A stretch of DNA of 64,000 nt from NCBI GenBank assembly GCA_041937175.2, contig CP166615.1:3168001-3232000 (forward strand). Reading direction: 5' to 3'. The notes below the pieces were generated by a model. That model ran no database searches. It was not told the DNA's origin and was given only the letters and a program-made list of their open reading frames with translations. The stretch is from Limnothrix sp. BL-A-16 (lineage in GTDB: Bacteria > Cyanobacteriota > Cyanobacteriia > CACIAM-69d). Of this stretch, positions 38,840 to 48,932 are shown in pieces. Every line of letters starts with the position of its first letter. The first letter of the stretch is position 1. The translations under genes and the position numbers were made by a program.

Positions 38840-40138
38840 ATGAGTTTGGACGATCGCCCGAACATGAACCGATCGGGGCGAGTGGTGGTGGTGGGCGGCG
38901 GGGCCGCGGGCTTTTTTGGGGCGATCGCCTGTGCGCGATCGAATCCTGACTTGGACGTGACCATTTTGGAGGCGGGGCCCCAATTTCTGAGCAAGGTGCT
39001 GATTTCTGGAGGCGGCCGTTGCAATGTGACCCACGCTTGCTTTGAGCCATCCCAGTTGGTGCAGCACTATCCACGCGGAGCCAAGGCCCTGCGGGGGGTG
39101 TTTAGCCGGTTTCAACCCCGCGATACGGTGACTTGGTTTGTGGGGGAGGGGGTGTTGCTGAAAACCGAGCCGGATGGGCGGATGTTTCCGATTACGGATC
39201 GATCGAGCACCATTGCCGATTGCTTGATGCGGGCGGCAGAAAAAGCGGGCGTGCGGCTGCGATCGCGGGCGGCGGTCAGCAATATTACCCACGAGGCGGG
39301 ACAATTCCAAGTTCAGTTGCGATCGGGGGAAACTTTGACGGCCGATCGGGTGTTGCTGGCCACGGGCAGCCAGCCGACGGCCTACCGCTGGGCGGCGGGG
39401 TTGGGCCATCCGATCGTGTCGCCGGTTCCCTCGTTGTTCACCCTGGCCATTCCCGATCCCCGGCTGGACACGCTGGCGGGGTTGGCCGTGGAGCGGGCCC
39501 AGGTGCGGCTGGTTTTGCCGGCGGCCGATCGGGGCAGCAAAGGCAAAAAGCCGCCGGACTCGGAACAAATTGGCCCGGTGCTGATTACCCATTGGGGCCT
39601 GAGCGGGCCGGCGGTGTTGCGGTTGTCGGCCTGGGCGGCGCGATCGCTCCACGAAGCTCACTATCGGGCCCTGTTGCGGGTGAACTGGCTGGGCACGGCT
39701 TCGGCCGAAGAGGCCCGCGATCGGCTGCGGGTTCTGAAGCAACAAAACCCACGCAAGGCCGTATCCACCGCCGGGCCGCCGGAGTTACCGAAACGGCTTT
39801 GGCAAAAATTGGTAGAAGCGGTGGGCGTGGCGGCGGATTTTCGCTGGGCCGACTTACCCAAGGGGCCGATCGAGGCGTTGGTGCGCGAGTTGGTGCAAGG
39901 AGAATTCAAAATCACCGGCAAGGCGGTCTTCAAGGAAGAGTTTGTGACCTGTGGCGGCATTGATTTGAAATCCGTGGACTTCAAAACCCTGGAAAGCCGC
40001 TCTTGCCCAGGGTTGCACTTTGCCGGTGAAATCTTGGACATTGACGGCATCACGGGCGGGTTCAATTTCCAAAGCGCCTGGTCTACGGGTTGGATTGCGG
40101 GCCAGGCGATCGCCCAGGGAGCTGTTGCCGTTGATTAG
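38840..40138 (+). CDS. HI0933/YhiN (BaiN-like) flavoprotein
   Basis: VVGGGAAG, KVLISGGGRCNVT, LITHWGLSGP, VTCGGI, GEILDIDGITGGFNFQ. Confidence 0.92.
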   Translation: MSLDDRPNMNRSGRVVVVGGGAAGFFGAIACARSNPDLDVTILEAGPQFLSKVLISGGGRCNVTHACFEPSQLVQHYPRGAKALRGVFSRFQPRDTVTWFVGEGVLLKTEPDGRMFPITDRSSTIADCLMRAAEKAGVRLRSRAAVSNITHEAGQFQVQLRSGETLTADRVLLATGSQPTAYRWAAGLGHPIVSPVPSLFTLAIPDPRLDTLAGLAVERAQVRLVLPAADRGSKGKKPPDSEQIGPVLITHWGLSGPAVLRLSAWAARSLHEAHYRALLRVNWLGTASAEEARDRLRVLKQQNPRKAVSTAGPPELPKRLWQKLVEAVGVAADFRWADLPKGPIEALVRELVQGEFKITGKAVFKEEFVTCGGIDLKSVDFKTLESRSCPGLHFAGEILDIDGITGGFNFQSAWSTGWIAGQAIAQGAVAVD

Positions 40139-40176
40139 CCCTGCCTTAGGGGGTTAGGAGTCGTGGATTCTGCGAC

Positions 40177-42228
40177 CTAAGCCGACAAGGACGGCACGCT
40201 ACAAACATTGGGCCAGTCGATCGCCGTGGCAGACTCGATCGGGCGATCGGCCGGCTCCTGCTGTCGCTTAATCACAATCAGGGTGATGTCATCAAAAATC
40301 TTGGCCTCACCAATGTGGCGATACACATCATCCACCACCAATTTACAAATCTCCTGGGGGGTGCGATGGTGCTCGGTTCGCAACAACCGACAGAGGCGAT
40401 CGGCCCCATAAAGCTGATTGCTGTGGTCGGCCGCCTCGGTCAGGCCGTCCGTATACAGCACCACCAAATCGCCAGGATGGAGATAAACCTCCGCTTCGGC
40501 AATGAAACTACTGACATCCGCTTCAATCCCGAGGGGAAAGCCCAAATCCAAGGTATCGACCCGATCGATCGCGCCATCCGCCCGCACCACGATCGCCTCC
40601 TCATGCTGACCGCTCAGGCGCAGTGAACCCCGTTCATAAACCAACAGGGAAAGGGTCATGTTTCGGTACGATCGCATCCGCCTGGTGTTGTCATACACCA
40701 AGCGGTTGAGGGTGTTGATCGTTTTCACCTGATCAATTTCGCCCACCGCTTGCAAGGTGCGCACCGCCGCCTGCACCATCAGCATCACCATGCCGCTTTC
40801 CAGACCATGGCCCGTCACGTCGCCAATGCTGATTTCCACCCGACCATCCCGGTGCAGCACGTCGTAGTAATCGCCGCCCACCTCATCGGCCGGCTCCATG
40901 TAGGCGGCAATTTCCAAATCCGCCGTGTTCAGCAAATCTTCTTCCTTAGGCAGAATCATTTGGTGCAACCGACGCACCACAGACAACTCCGCCCCCATTC
41001 GGCGATTTTCGTCCGCGAGCTGTTGGTTCAGGGTCACAATTTCTTGATTAGCCCGCGCCAGGTCGTAGGTTCGCTCAGTGACGCGCTGCTCCAAGGTTTC
41101 CAAATGCACTTGCAGTTGGGTGACCATCCGCGCAAAGGAGGTGGCCAATGCGCCGATTTCATCTTCCCGATCGGTGGGTAAGGGTTGATCCCAATGGCCA
41201 CGGGCGATCGCCTGGGAAGCCCGATTCAGGGCCACAATTGGCTCCACCAACCGACCCGCCATCCAATAGGACACCACCACCACCAGCAACAGCACCATGC
41301 TGGACACCATCAGGAGCGATCGAGTTTGGGTGGCCAAGGCCTCTTGCAGGGACTTCAGCGAGAGGGTGACCAGGGCGGATCCTTGCAGGGTTTGTGACTG
41401 ATCGCGCAACGGCACAATCACATGCAGCAGATTGCCATTCACCACGCGGGCGGTGGCCTGGGTGGTGAGGCTATTGCGCAAGAGAGACAATTGCTGCTCG
41501 GCCAATTGCTTCCCGAGTCCACTTTCCGGGCGAGCTTGACCCGCAATCACCTTGCCTTGCAAGTCAATCACCCAAATGCCCAGCACGTCCGGTTCCCGCA
41601 GCAACTCTTCAATTAGGCGATCGAGACCCAGGGCCTGGCGCAGGGATTCCAAAAAGGCCACATGGTTCCCCACTTGCACAATGCGGCGCTGATCAATCCC
41701 CGGAACCCCCACATATTGAAAGACGCGATCGTCAATTTCCCGCCGCCGAGGTTCTTGAATCACCATCTTGGCCTTGCCCGTCAACAGAGGCCAAAACACA
41801 TGGGCTTGGGGTTGTTTTTTCGGATCGGGATTAAAACAAAAAACCGCCTCCCCGGGCGGTCGCAAGCGGGCACATCCATCCGCATCAGAAATCCAAACTT
41901 CATCAATGATCGAATCAGCCAGGATTTTGTTAATTCGTTGTTGGAGTTGGGCGGTTGGTTCGCCGCGTTTTTGGCTCAAATCCACCAGTTGGGCTAAGGC
42001 CGTGGCCGTGGCGGCCATTTGCTGGCCCAATTTGTTTTCCACCGTGGTCGGCACATCCCGCAACACCGACAGGGCCCGGCTGAGGGTGTTGGCCAAGCGC
42101 ACGCCGTCCGTTTCGGAGCGCCGAATCAATTCGTGATGGGTGTTCCAGTGGAAAATGGCAATGGTGGGTAAAACGGCCACCACCGCCACTCCCGCCATCA
42201 TGAATAGCAAGCGTCTTTGTAAATTCAT
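40177..42228 (-). CDS. Membrane sensor HAMP + PP2C (SpoIIE) phosphatase
   Basis: Two TMs flanking an extracytoplasmic domain, HAMP (DEIGALA), EVGGDYYD, GDVTGHG, LYTDGLTEA, DDIT. Confidence 0.92.
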   Translation of the reverse strand: MNLQRRLLFMMAGVAVVAVLPTIAIFHWNTHHELIRRSETDGVRLANTLSRALSVLRDVPTTVENKLGQQMAATATALAQLVDLSQKRGEPTAQLQQRINKILADSIIDEVWISDADGCARLRPPGEAVFCFNPDPKKQPQAHVFWPLLTGKAKMVIQEPRRREIDDRVFQYVGVPGIDQRRIVQVGNHVAFLESLRQALGLDRLIEELLREPDVLGIWVIDLQGKVIAGQARPESGLGKQLAEQQLSLLRNSLTTQATARVVNGNLLHVIVPLRDQSQTLQGSALVTLSLKSLQEALATQTRSLLMVSSMVLLLVVVVSYWMAGRLVEPIVALNRASQAIARGHWDQPLPTDREDEIGALATSFARMVTQLQVHLETLEQRVTERTYDLARANQEIVTLNQQLADENRRMGAELSVVRRLHQMILPKEEDLLNTADLEIAAYMEPADEVGGDYYDVLHRDGRVEISIGDVTGHGLESGMVMLMVQAAVRTLQAVGEIDQVKTINTLNRLVYDNTRRMRSYRNMTLSLLVYERGSLRLSGQHEEAIVVRADGAIDRVDTLDLGFPLGIEADVSSFIAEAEVYLHPGDLVVLYTDGLTEAADHSNQLYGADRLCRLLRTEHHRTPQEICKLVVDDVYRHIGEAKIFDDITLIVIKRQQEPADRPIESATAIDWPNVCSVPSLSA

Positions 42229-42397
42229 ACGTAAATGTTACTTAAAAAAATTTGTTATTTAAAATGTTTGTCCACCCTCCCAATCCTAGGCCATGTGATC
42301 AGTTGCGCTCCAAGATTGACCCTATGCAAGACCAGTCAACTTTGGGATTAACGCAGTTCAAAACCCCATGTAGAACCTAGCTCATTCAGAGCCAACC

Positions 42398-43456
42398 CTA
42401 ATGAATTCGCATTTCAACGGCCGATCGAAGGGCGATCGTTTCGTTGCTGAGTTCGTCAGCCACCACCACCCGATCGCGCCCCTGTTGTTTGGCGGCATAC
42501 AGGGCCCGATCGGCCCGGGACACCAACAGGGTGGGCGAGGTGGTCAAGGAGGGCGAGATGGCCGCCACCCCAACGCTCACCGTCACACAAGGGTTAACAA
42601 CCGATCGGGGATGGGGCAGGCTCAACCCCAACACGGCCTGGCGAATGCGGGTTCCCACCAATTCCGCCTGCTGCAAAGTGGCGCGGGGCAACAAGACCGC
42701 AAATTCTTCGCCCCCATAGCGAGCCACCAAATCCGAGGTCGATCGAGCCACCTGGGCGATCGCCATCGCCACCTGCTGCAAACAAACATCCCCCGCCACA
42801 TGGCCCAGCAAATCGTTGTAGGCCTTGAACGAGTCCACATCCACCATCACCAAGGCCAACGACTCAGACCGACTGCCGCGCGTCTGCCATTGCTGTTCCA
42901 AATATTCATCAAACCGCCGCCGATTGGCCACGCGCGTCAAGGCATCCATCGTGGCCTTGGCTCCCGCTTCCGTGGCTTGCACATAGAGCTGCTCAATCAT
43001 GGCATCCCCATGCTCAATAATCAGCCGCAGCACATGCTCCAGGTCTTCCCGTTCTCGGGTAATGGTTCCCAACAGCGATTGCAGTTTTTGTTCCGCGTTC
43101 CGGTGTTGGTGGGCCTCGAGGGTTAACCGCTCATTGGCGCTCAACAGCTCGTTTTCAATCACGCTGCTATGCTCGATCGTGGTTTGCAAAACCCACTCCA
43201 GATCTCGCTTCTGTTGGGCCACTTGCTTCAAAATCGTCTGCAATCGCTGCTGTTGGCGACGGTACAGCGACAGGGTGGACTGTAGTTCGTTTTCAATACA
43301 GTCACCATGGATGGCGGTGGTTTCAAGGGCGATCTGGAGATCGCGGTTGCTTTGCTCTAAAGCAGCCACCTGCTGGCGAAGGCGTTTGTTTTCTTCAATC
43401 AACGCTTGTGGATCAGACGATGCCGCCGGATCGGGCAGCGACTGGGGATCGCGCAC
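42398..43456 (-). CDS. Diguanylate cyclase with repeated N-terminal coiled-coil motif
   Basis: DALTRVANRRRF, DVDSFKAYND, ARYGGEEF; probable GTG start at 43456 with GGAG SD (ORF extends to 43573). Confidence 0.9.
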   Translation of the reverse strand: MRDPQSLPDPAASSDPQALIEENKRLRQQVAALEQSNRDLQIALETTAIHGDCIENELQSTLSLYRRQQQRLQTILKQVAQQKRDLEWVLQTTIEHSSVIENELLSANERLTLEAHQHRNAEQKLQSLLGTITREREDLEHVLRLIIEHGDAMIEQLYVQATEAGAKATMDALTRVANRRRFDEYLEQQWQTRGSRSESLALVMVDVDSFKAYNDLLGHVAGDVCLQQVAMAIAQVARSTSDLVARYGGEEFAVLLPRATLQQAELVGTRIRQAVLGLSLPHPRSVVNPCVTVSVGVAAISPSLTTSPTLLVSRADRALYAAKQQGRDRVVVADELSNETIALRSAVEMRIH

Positions 43457-43822
43457 AGTATCTCCAAACAGACGCGGTATAGGCCGCTTGTAGAGGGTAG
43501 AGCCGAGGGAGCGATCAACATCAACGCCACAGCCTAGGGATTGAACCGATGGATGTTGAACCAAGCGTTGCACAGACCTGGAAGGATCAAGGGCGATTCA
43601 GGGAACCCATGCTGCGTGATCGATGCCGTAGGATTGCTCACCGCAGGATTACCCACCGAATGATGGCTTGTCATGATGATGACTCAGTGGTGACGACTCA
43701 AGGTCGATCGACGTTGAGCGATCTACTCCGAGCGATCCCTTCTGAGTGAGCCATTCTGAGTCATCTCTTCTGAGCGAGCCATCCGGTCATGACCCACGAA
43801 ACTATCTCCAAGCTCATGATTG

Positions 43823-44164
43823 CTAAGTTAGCACTAGTTCAATGCTGGGCATGAGGCGCTGGAGATTTTTGAGCGATCGCGTTTGCCAAACAATATTAGC
43901 GGATCCTTTAAAAGTTAACTTTGCTGTCCCCCGCTGCCGCAACCGAACTACAAACATAGACAGCATACTGATACCGGAGCTATTGAGGAATTCGAGTTCC
44001 TTGAGGTCAACAATGATGTGCTCGGACTCTTCCGCCGCCGCTTCCAAAATATCAAGCACGGGACGGTAAGCCTCAAGGCCGTCCAGACGCAGGGAACCCC
44101 GACAGAGAATCGTTGACGTGGCGGGGTCATACTGAATGCTGTAGTCCGGTTGTTTTAGTTCCAT
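43823..44164 (-). CDS. STAS-like anti-anti-sigma factor (slr1659-like)
   Basis: VDLKELEFLNSSGISMLS..WQTRSLKNLQRLMP. Confidence 0.82.
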   Translation of the reverse strand: MELKQPDYSIQYDPATSTILCRGSLRLDGLEAYRPVLDILEAAAEESEHIIVDLKELEFLNSSGISMLSMFVVRLRQRGTAKLTFKGSANIVWQTRSLKNLQRLMPSIELVLT

Positions 44165-44583
44165 ACGAATGAGTGGTGGGAAATTGCGGAGGACTGGGGC
44201 ATTGGAGAAAACCAGGAGCTAAGGGGTATTAATGAAAAGATAGGGTCATGATGTCAGGCGGAAGGGCTGGGGGCGAACCACTGAGAAGGCGCGATCGAAT
44301 CGCGATCTTGCGGTGATGCTTGACCGGTGTGGCCGCATCTTCAGATCCCGTTGGTAGATCCCGTTGGTAGATCCCGTTACTAGATCCAGTCAGTCACGCG
44401 AATGAGCTATCGCAGTTGGTGCAGTTTCACCATGCGATCGAGCCTTAACTATCCTTACATGAACTTGCTCTGGGCCATGCAAGGTTTCGGGATCCCCCCA
44501 TCACCGAAATGCTGGCAAGAGTTTGACAATATCTTGATCTCTTTGCTCAGTTCCAGGGCGATCGACATTTTAATAGTCAATCA

Positions 44584-45165
44584 CTACACTGTGAGTCGGG
44601 CCATCACACTGATCGCAACGGAGTTGTCATCATTAGTAGACGGTGTAAATCGCCACCCCATTTTCACTCCGTAATCTGCCATGATTGAAATTAGCCCCAG
44701 GCAGGATTCATTGGACTCTTCACGCCCCATTTGCTCTAGTCGCTGAGCATAAAGTAGGTCAAGATCAGTCGTCAAAATATCATGGATGTGCTTCTGAAAC
44801 CGGATGGCGCGATCGGCCGTTGTGCTGTTGCAAACCAGCAGCAAGATGCTGGATTCATAGAGATAGAGGGAAATGGTGACCGGGCTGTTCACCTGCTCAT
44901 TGCTGAACTTAATTGCATTCTCAATGAGTTCATTAGCAACATAGCTAATACAAGCCTTAACATTCTCTTGAGTGCTGGAGCTATTGGCCGCGTCCTCATT
45001 ATTGCCCGGGAAAAAGGTGGCGAAATAGTCGCCCAAAAAATCGGCCGATAGTCCATAGTTGCGCCAACGAATTTTGCGAGCTTGCGCACTCGGTGAAAAT
45101 CCCAAGGTTAGGTATTCTTGGGTATCAGGTAGGGAATCGTAGAACTCGCCTAAGGTTACATTCAT
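44584..45165 (-). CDS. HATPase-like anti-sigma/kinase regulator (slr1658-like)
   Basis: RWRNYGLSADFLGDY, ISYVANELIENAIKF, LGLISIMADY. Confidence 0.8.
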   Translation of the reverse strand: MNVTLGEFYDSLPDTQEYLTLGFSPSAQARKIRWRNYGLSADFLGDYFATFFPGNNEDAANSSSTQENVKACISYVANELIENAIKFSNEQVNSPVTISLYLYESSILLLVCNSTTADRAIRFQKHIHDILTTDLDLLYAQRLEQMGREESNESCLGLISIMADYGVKMGWRFTPSTNDDNSVAISVMARLTV

Positions 45166-45454
45166 CACGCTTATGCATTGACCAAGCTAAGAACAGGATA
45201 AGGCAAAATTTTCCGAGAGTAGAGGGCTGAATTCAGCATCAACAATGTTTTGGAAACTCCAAGTCATACCTTAAGCTACCAAAACATTCGCACCATCACA
45301 GTTTTGCTGGCTGGTTCAGGAGAGCCTGGATTCAGCCCTGGTGCATGATTGAAGGGCTTTCTCCTGGCGCGATCGAGGGCAATGGTTGACTCAAAATCAT
45401 GACTTCAAAGGCTCCACCGAATTTTTAGGATGATCTTTTAGGACGATCAGCAGG

Positions 45455-46279
45455 ATGATCAGACTTTCCAAAACCCGATTCTCTCCAGTGACCCCGATCG
45501 CGCTTCGGTTAATGAGTCGGCAGGCGCTGGCGATCGCCCGGCGGATTTTGCAGGAGCTGTGGCGACGCAAGCGCAGTTTGGTGTTTTGGTCACTGTTTCC
45601 GGCGCTGGTGTTGGTGCTGAATGGATTGATTTTGGCGGAGCGGGCCCAACTGCCGATCGCGGCGGCCTTTGAGCGGGCGGCTCCGGTTTCCTGGGTGGGG
45701 GCGGCCCTGTTTTTTAGCTGCCTGGGCGGCACGGTGGCAACCCTGGTGGGCGAGCGAGAGTCGGGCACGTTTCGGCGGCTGGGCCTGTCGCCCCTGGGTG
45801 GCATGGCCTATTTTTTGGGAATTAGCCTCGCTCATGGGGCGATCGCCCTAGGCCAGGCGGTCATTGTGGGGATCATTGCCACGGCCGTGGGGGCCCAATT
45901 CCAGGGGGCCTGGTGGTTGGGCGGGGCGATCGGGCTGCTGAGTGTGTTGGCCTATGTGGGGGTGGGCTTTGTACTGGGGGGACAATTTGCCCGGCGCACG
46001 GAGGATGTGAATGCGTTGGTGGCGGCCTTGGGCGTGCCCCTGCTGATTTTGGGCGGCAGCTTTGTGCCCGCTTGGCTGTTTCCGCCCCTGTTGCAACAGT
46101 TGGCCCGTTTTGACCCGATTTACCACATGAATGAGGCCCTGCTGCGGGTGGCCAGCGAGGGAGCCACGGCCGCGGAGATTGCCTTGCATCTGTGGGTGCT
46201 GGGCGGGGTGGCGATCGGGGGCTTGGGCCTGAGCGCGGTGACCTATCAACAACTGTTACGGCGCGATCGTTGCCTTTAG
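45455..46279 (+). CDS. ABC-2 type transporter permease
   Basis: Six TMs, ERESGTFRRL, LGGSFVP, FDPIYHMNEAL; start may be ATG at 45512. Confidence 0.85.
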   Translation: MIRLSKTRFSPVTPIALRLMSRQALAIARRILQELWRRKRSLVFWSLFPALVLVLNGLILAERAQLPIAAAFERAAPVSWVGAALFFSCLGGTVATLVGERESGTFRRLGLSPLGGMAYFLGISLAHGAIALGQAVIVGIIATAVGAQFQGAWWLGGAIGLLSVLAYVGVGFVLGGQFARRTEDVNALVAALGVPLLILGGSFVPAWLFPPLLQQLARFDPIYHMNEALLRVASEGATAAEIALHLWVLGGVAIGGLGLSAVTYQQLLRRDRCL

Positions 46280-46356
46280 AACGCTCCATTCTGGGGAACG
46301 CGCTACGCTGAACTTGCAGTCGTTTTGGCCCTTTCCGAGGGGCCTTGCTCCCAACC

Positions 46357-47346
46357 ATGCCTAGCTATCCCGGAATTTCCAGCGAAGCCTTTCGTCATCC
46401 GCTCGATCGCGAAGCCGAGCAAGCCCTGCGAAGCCTGCCGGGATTTGACTTGGTGGCCCGCAAATTTCTAGAAGTGGCGGTCGATCGGCCCCAATATCTC
46501 TACCACATGGGCAACAGCGTCCAAGTGGGGCCCCGTCAATACGCCAGCCTGCATCAGCTCCTGCGGGAGTGCTTGCGAGACCTTGATGTGTTCCCGGAGC
46601 CGGCCCTGTTTGTCAGCCAAAGCTATCAGGTCAACGCCTTCACCATTGGTCAAGAACAGCCCACCCTGGTGCTCACCACCGCCCTGCTGGAATTGCTGAA
46701 CGAAGCCGAATTGCGCGTGGTGTTGGCCCACGAACTGGGACATTTGAAATGTGGCCACAGCACCCTCACCCAAATGGCCATTTGGACGCTGTATGCGGCT
46801 TCCATGGTGGGGCAAATGACCATGGGCTTAAGCAACATGCTGATTAGCAACGCATTGGTCATGGCGTTTTACGAGTGGAAGCGCAAGGCCGAACTGTCGG
46901 CCGATCGAGCCGCCCTGATTGCCACCGACGATCTCGATACCGTCTTGATGACCATGGTGAAAGTGGCCGGCGGTAGTCCCAAACATTTGCAAGAACTGAG
47001 CCTTGCGGAATTCAAAAAGCAAGCCCGCGACTACCAATCCCTGGACGCGGATGCCATGAACCAGGCTTATAAATTCTTTCTTTACAACAACTTGCCCCAG
47101 GGCATGTACAGCAGCCATCCCTTCCCCGTGGAGCGAGCCAGCTATCTCCAAGATTGGGCCACTTCGGCGGAATATCAAGCCATTCGGCGCGGGGACTACC
47201 AACGGGATGTGGCTCAAGGGGCCGTGAATGTGACGGCGAATGCAACCACCACGGCCCGATCGACCGGCAACACCGAAGCCGATCGCCTGCGCCAACAAAT
47301 TGAAGACCTGCAACGGGAACTCGATCGCCTGCGCCCAGCTCGATAG
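46357..47346 (+). CDS. M48 family zinc metallopeptidase
   Basis: VNAFT, LAHELGH (HExxH), AELSADRA, SHPFP. Confidence 0.92.
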   Translation: MPSYPGISSEAFRHPLDREAEQALRSLPGFDLVARKFLEVAVDRPQYLYHMGNSVQVGPRQYASLHQLLRECLRDLDVFPEPALFVSQSYQVNAFTIGQEQPTLVLTTALLELLNEAELRVVLAHELGHLKCGHSTLTQMAIWTLYAASMVGQMTMGLSNMLISNALVMAFYEWKRKAELSADRAALIATDDLDTVLMTMVKVAGGSPKHLQELSLAEFKKQARDYQSLDADAMNQAYKFFLYNNLPQGMYSSHPFPVERASYLQDWATSAEYQAIRRGDYQRDVAQGAVNVTANATTTARSTGNTEADRLRQQIEDLQRELDRLRPAR

Positions 47347-47475
47347 CGGCTTGTCGGCATTGGCAGGAATTTTGGGCCGATCGCAGCAATTCAGCAGCCA
47401 TTGATCAGAGTTTGTGGGAATTCAATCGTAACGATCCCACCCTTCAACGACGCACAATCCCAAAAACAAGAAAAA

Positions 47476-47531
47476 CAAGGGGCTTAAGCCCCTTGTCTCA
47501 AAAATTGAAAACAGAGAGCTTAAGCCCCTTG
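47476..47531. repeat. Two copies of the 20-bp palindrome (one degenerate)
   Basis: CAAGGGGCTTAAGCCCCTTG at 47476 and CAGAGAGCTTAAGCCCCTTG at 47512, between convergent genes. Confidence 0.8.
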
Positions 47532-47565
47532 TCTACCCCCATTGGTACTAGGGGCATTTTGCAAG

Positions 47566-47958
47566 TTATTCTTCGCCCTTGCCGTCCACTTGCACCAGGC
47601 GAATGTGCTTGTAGCCCAGCTTGATCTCAAACTCATCGCCCGGCTTCAGACCCATGCTTTGGGTATAGGTCGAACCAATCACGATTTGGCCATTTTGATG
47701 CACCGTCACACGATAGGTCGGTTCGCGGCCCCGACCATCCTTGGCACTTTCCGGATCAATCCGCGTGCCTTTTGCTTCCAACAATGCATCATAAAACTCA
47801 GCCAAGTTCACCTGGACTTGGCCGCTTTTGGTCTCTTTGTAGTAGCCGCAGCGCTTTGCTTTTTCGCGACGGGGCAGATTCGAGAGTTCCTTCAGTTTTT
47901 GCAGTAGGGCTTTACCCTTCAGCGGTGTGGGTTGTTGAGCAGTTGCGGAATCACTCAT
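47566..47958 (-). CDS. Cyanobacterial AbrB-like transcriptional regulator (cyAbrB)
   Basis: PLKGKALLQK..AKRCGYY..GRGREPTYRVTVHQNGQIVIGSTYT..GDEFEIKLGYKHI. Confidence 0.93.
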   Translation of the reverse strand: MSDSATAQQPTPLKGKALLQKLKELSNLPRREKAKRCGYYKETKSGQVQVNLAEFYDALLEAKGTRIDPESAKDGRGREPTYRVTVHQNGQIVIGSTYTQSMGLKPGDEFEIKLGYKHIRLVQVDGKGEE

Positions 47959-48932
47959 TGCTGTCAAACATTCAGTTCAGTTAAAAAAGCCTAGCTCGGC
48001 TGAAGCGGGGTTCCTCAGATGCAATTGCCCTTTAACCCAAGAACGCCGCCGACTTAGCCTAGCGCGTCCCCTAGTCGAGGCCAATTGTTCTGAACTTCCC
48101 CAATTCAGACATCACCTCCTCAGAGACTCTTCGACTCATTGGAGGGTGATCAAACCCCGATCGATCTTGGCTGGATCGATTGTTCGATTTGACTGGATTA
48201 GCCCCCTCAAAAATCAGGGATTTGCCATAATCTGGCAAAATCCAGCGGTAATTCTACAAACGATCAAACCGCACAATCTTGCATCGAAGGATGGTCAGGG
48301 AGGATGTCTCTCTCGATCGGAATTAGGTTTTACCGGTGTTGATCATGCTCTGACAGGCAGCCTAAATTTAGACCGGCCAATGCCAATCATGGCTGAAGCC
48401 TAGGATTTACCCATAAAAATTGATCGCCTAGAGACTAAGCACGGAGATAAATTTTTGAGGCAGCTTAGATGCGCTCCTGGGCAGAATCCAGAAAAACACC
48501 GGAATCGAGATTGACTACCTTAAGACTATAGCCCCAAGCGGCAGAAATTTGAATCGGACTGCTCAAAATTTTTAGATTAAAAAAAGCTCTTGGCTCCCTA
48601 TAGATTGATCTATCCCCCAGGGTGGGTTCGATTGCTTTGATCAGTTCGGGATGACGGCCTTTGCCGCTAAGGCTAAAGCGGGGCTGGCCAAAAGCAAAGA
48701 CAAGGGGAGCGGAAAAAATAGAAAATGTATCCTCTTCAGGGAAGAAGCACTGCAAATTGGGTGTTTTCGGATGATTTTTACGAAAGGGGGCAAGGCGATC
48801 GGACGATGGGCGCGGGATGCTCAAACCCTCCTCAAAAAACATCGCAGATTGTGTGGTGGGGGAGCGGGTCTCCCAGCAATTTGCGACTAGACTAGTATCA
48901 AATCCCTGCCGTATTTGCCGAATCGACCAGCC

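Noticed and set aside
38729..39745. 338-aa minus-strand ORF, and similar long antisense ORFs (460-1131, 50509-51465, 54940-55920)
   Set aside because: They overlap confident genes on the opposite strand; expected in GC-rich coding DNA.
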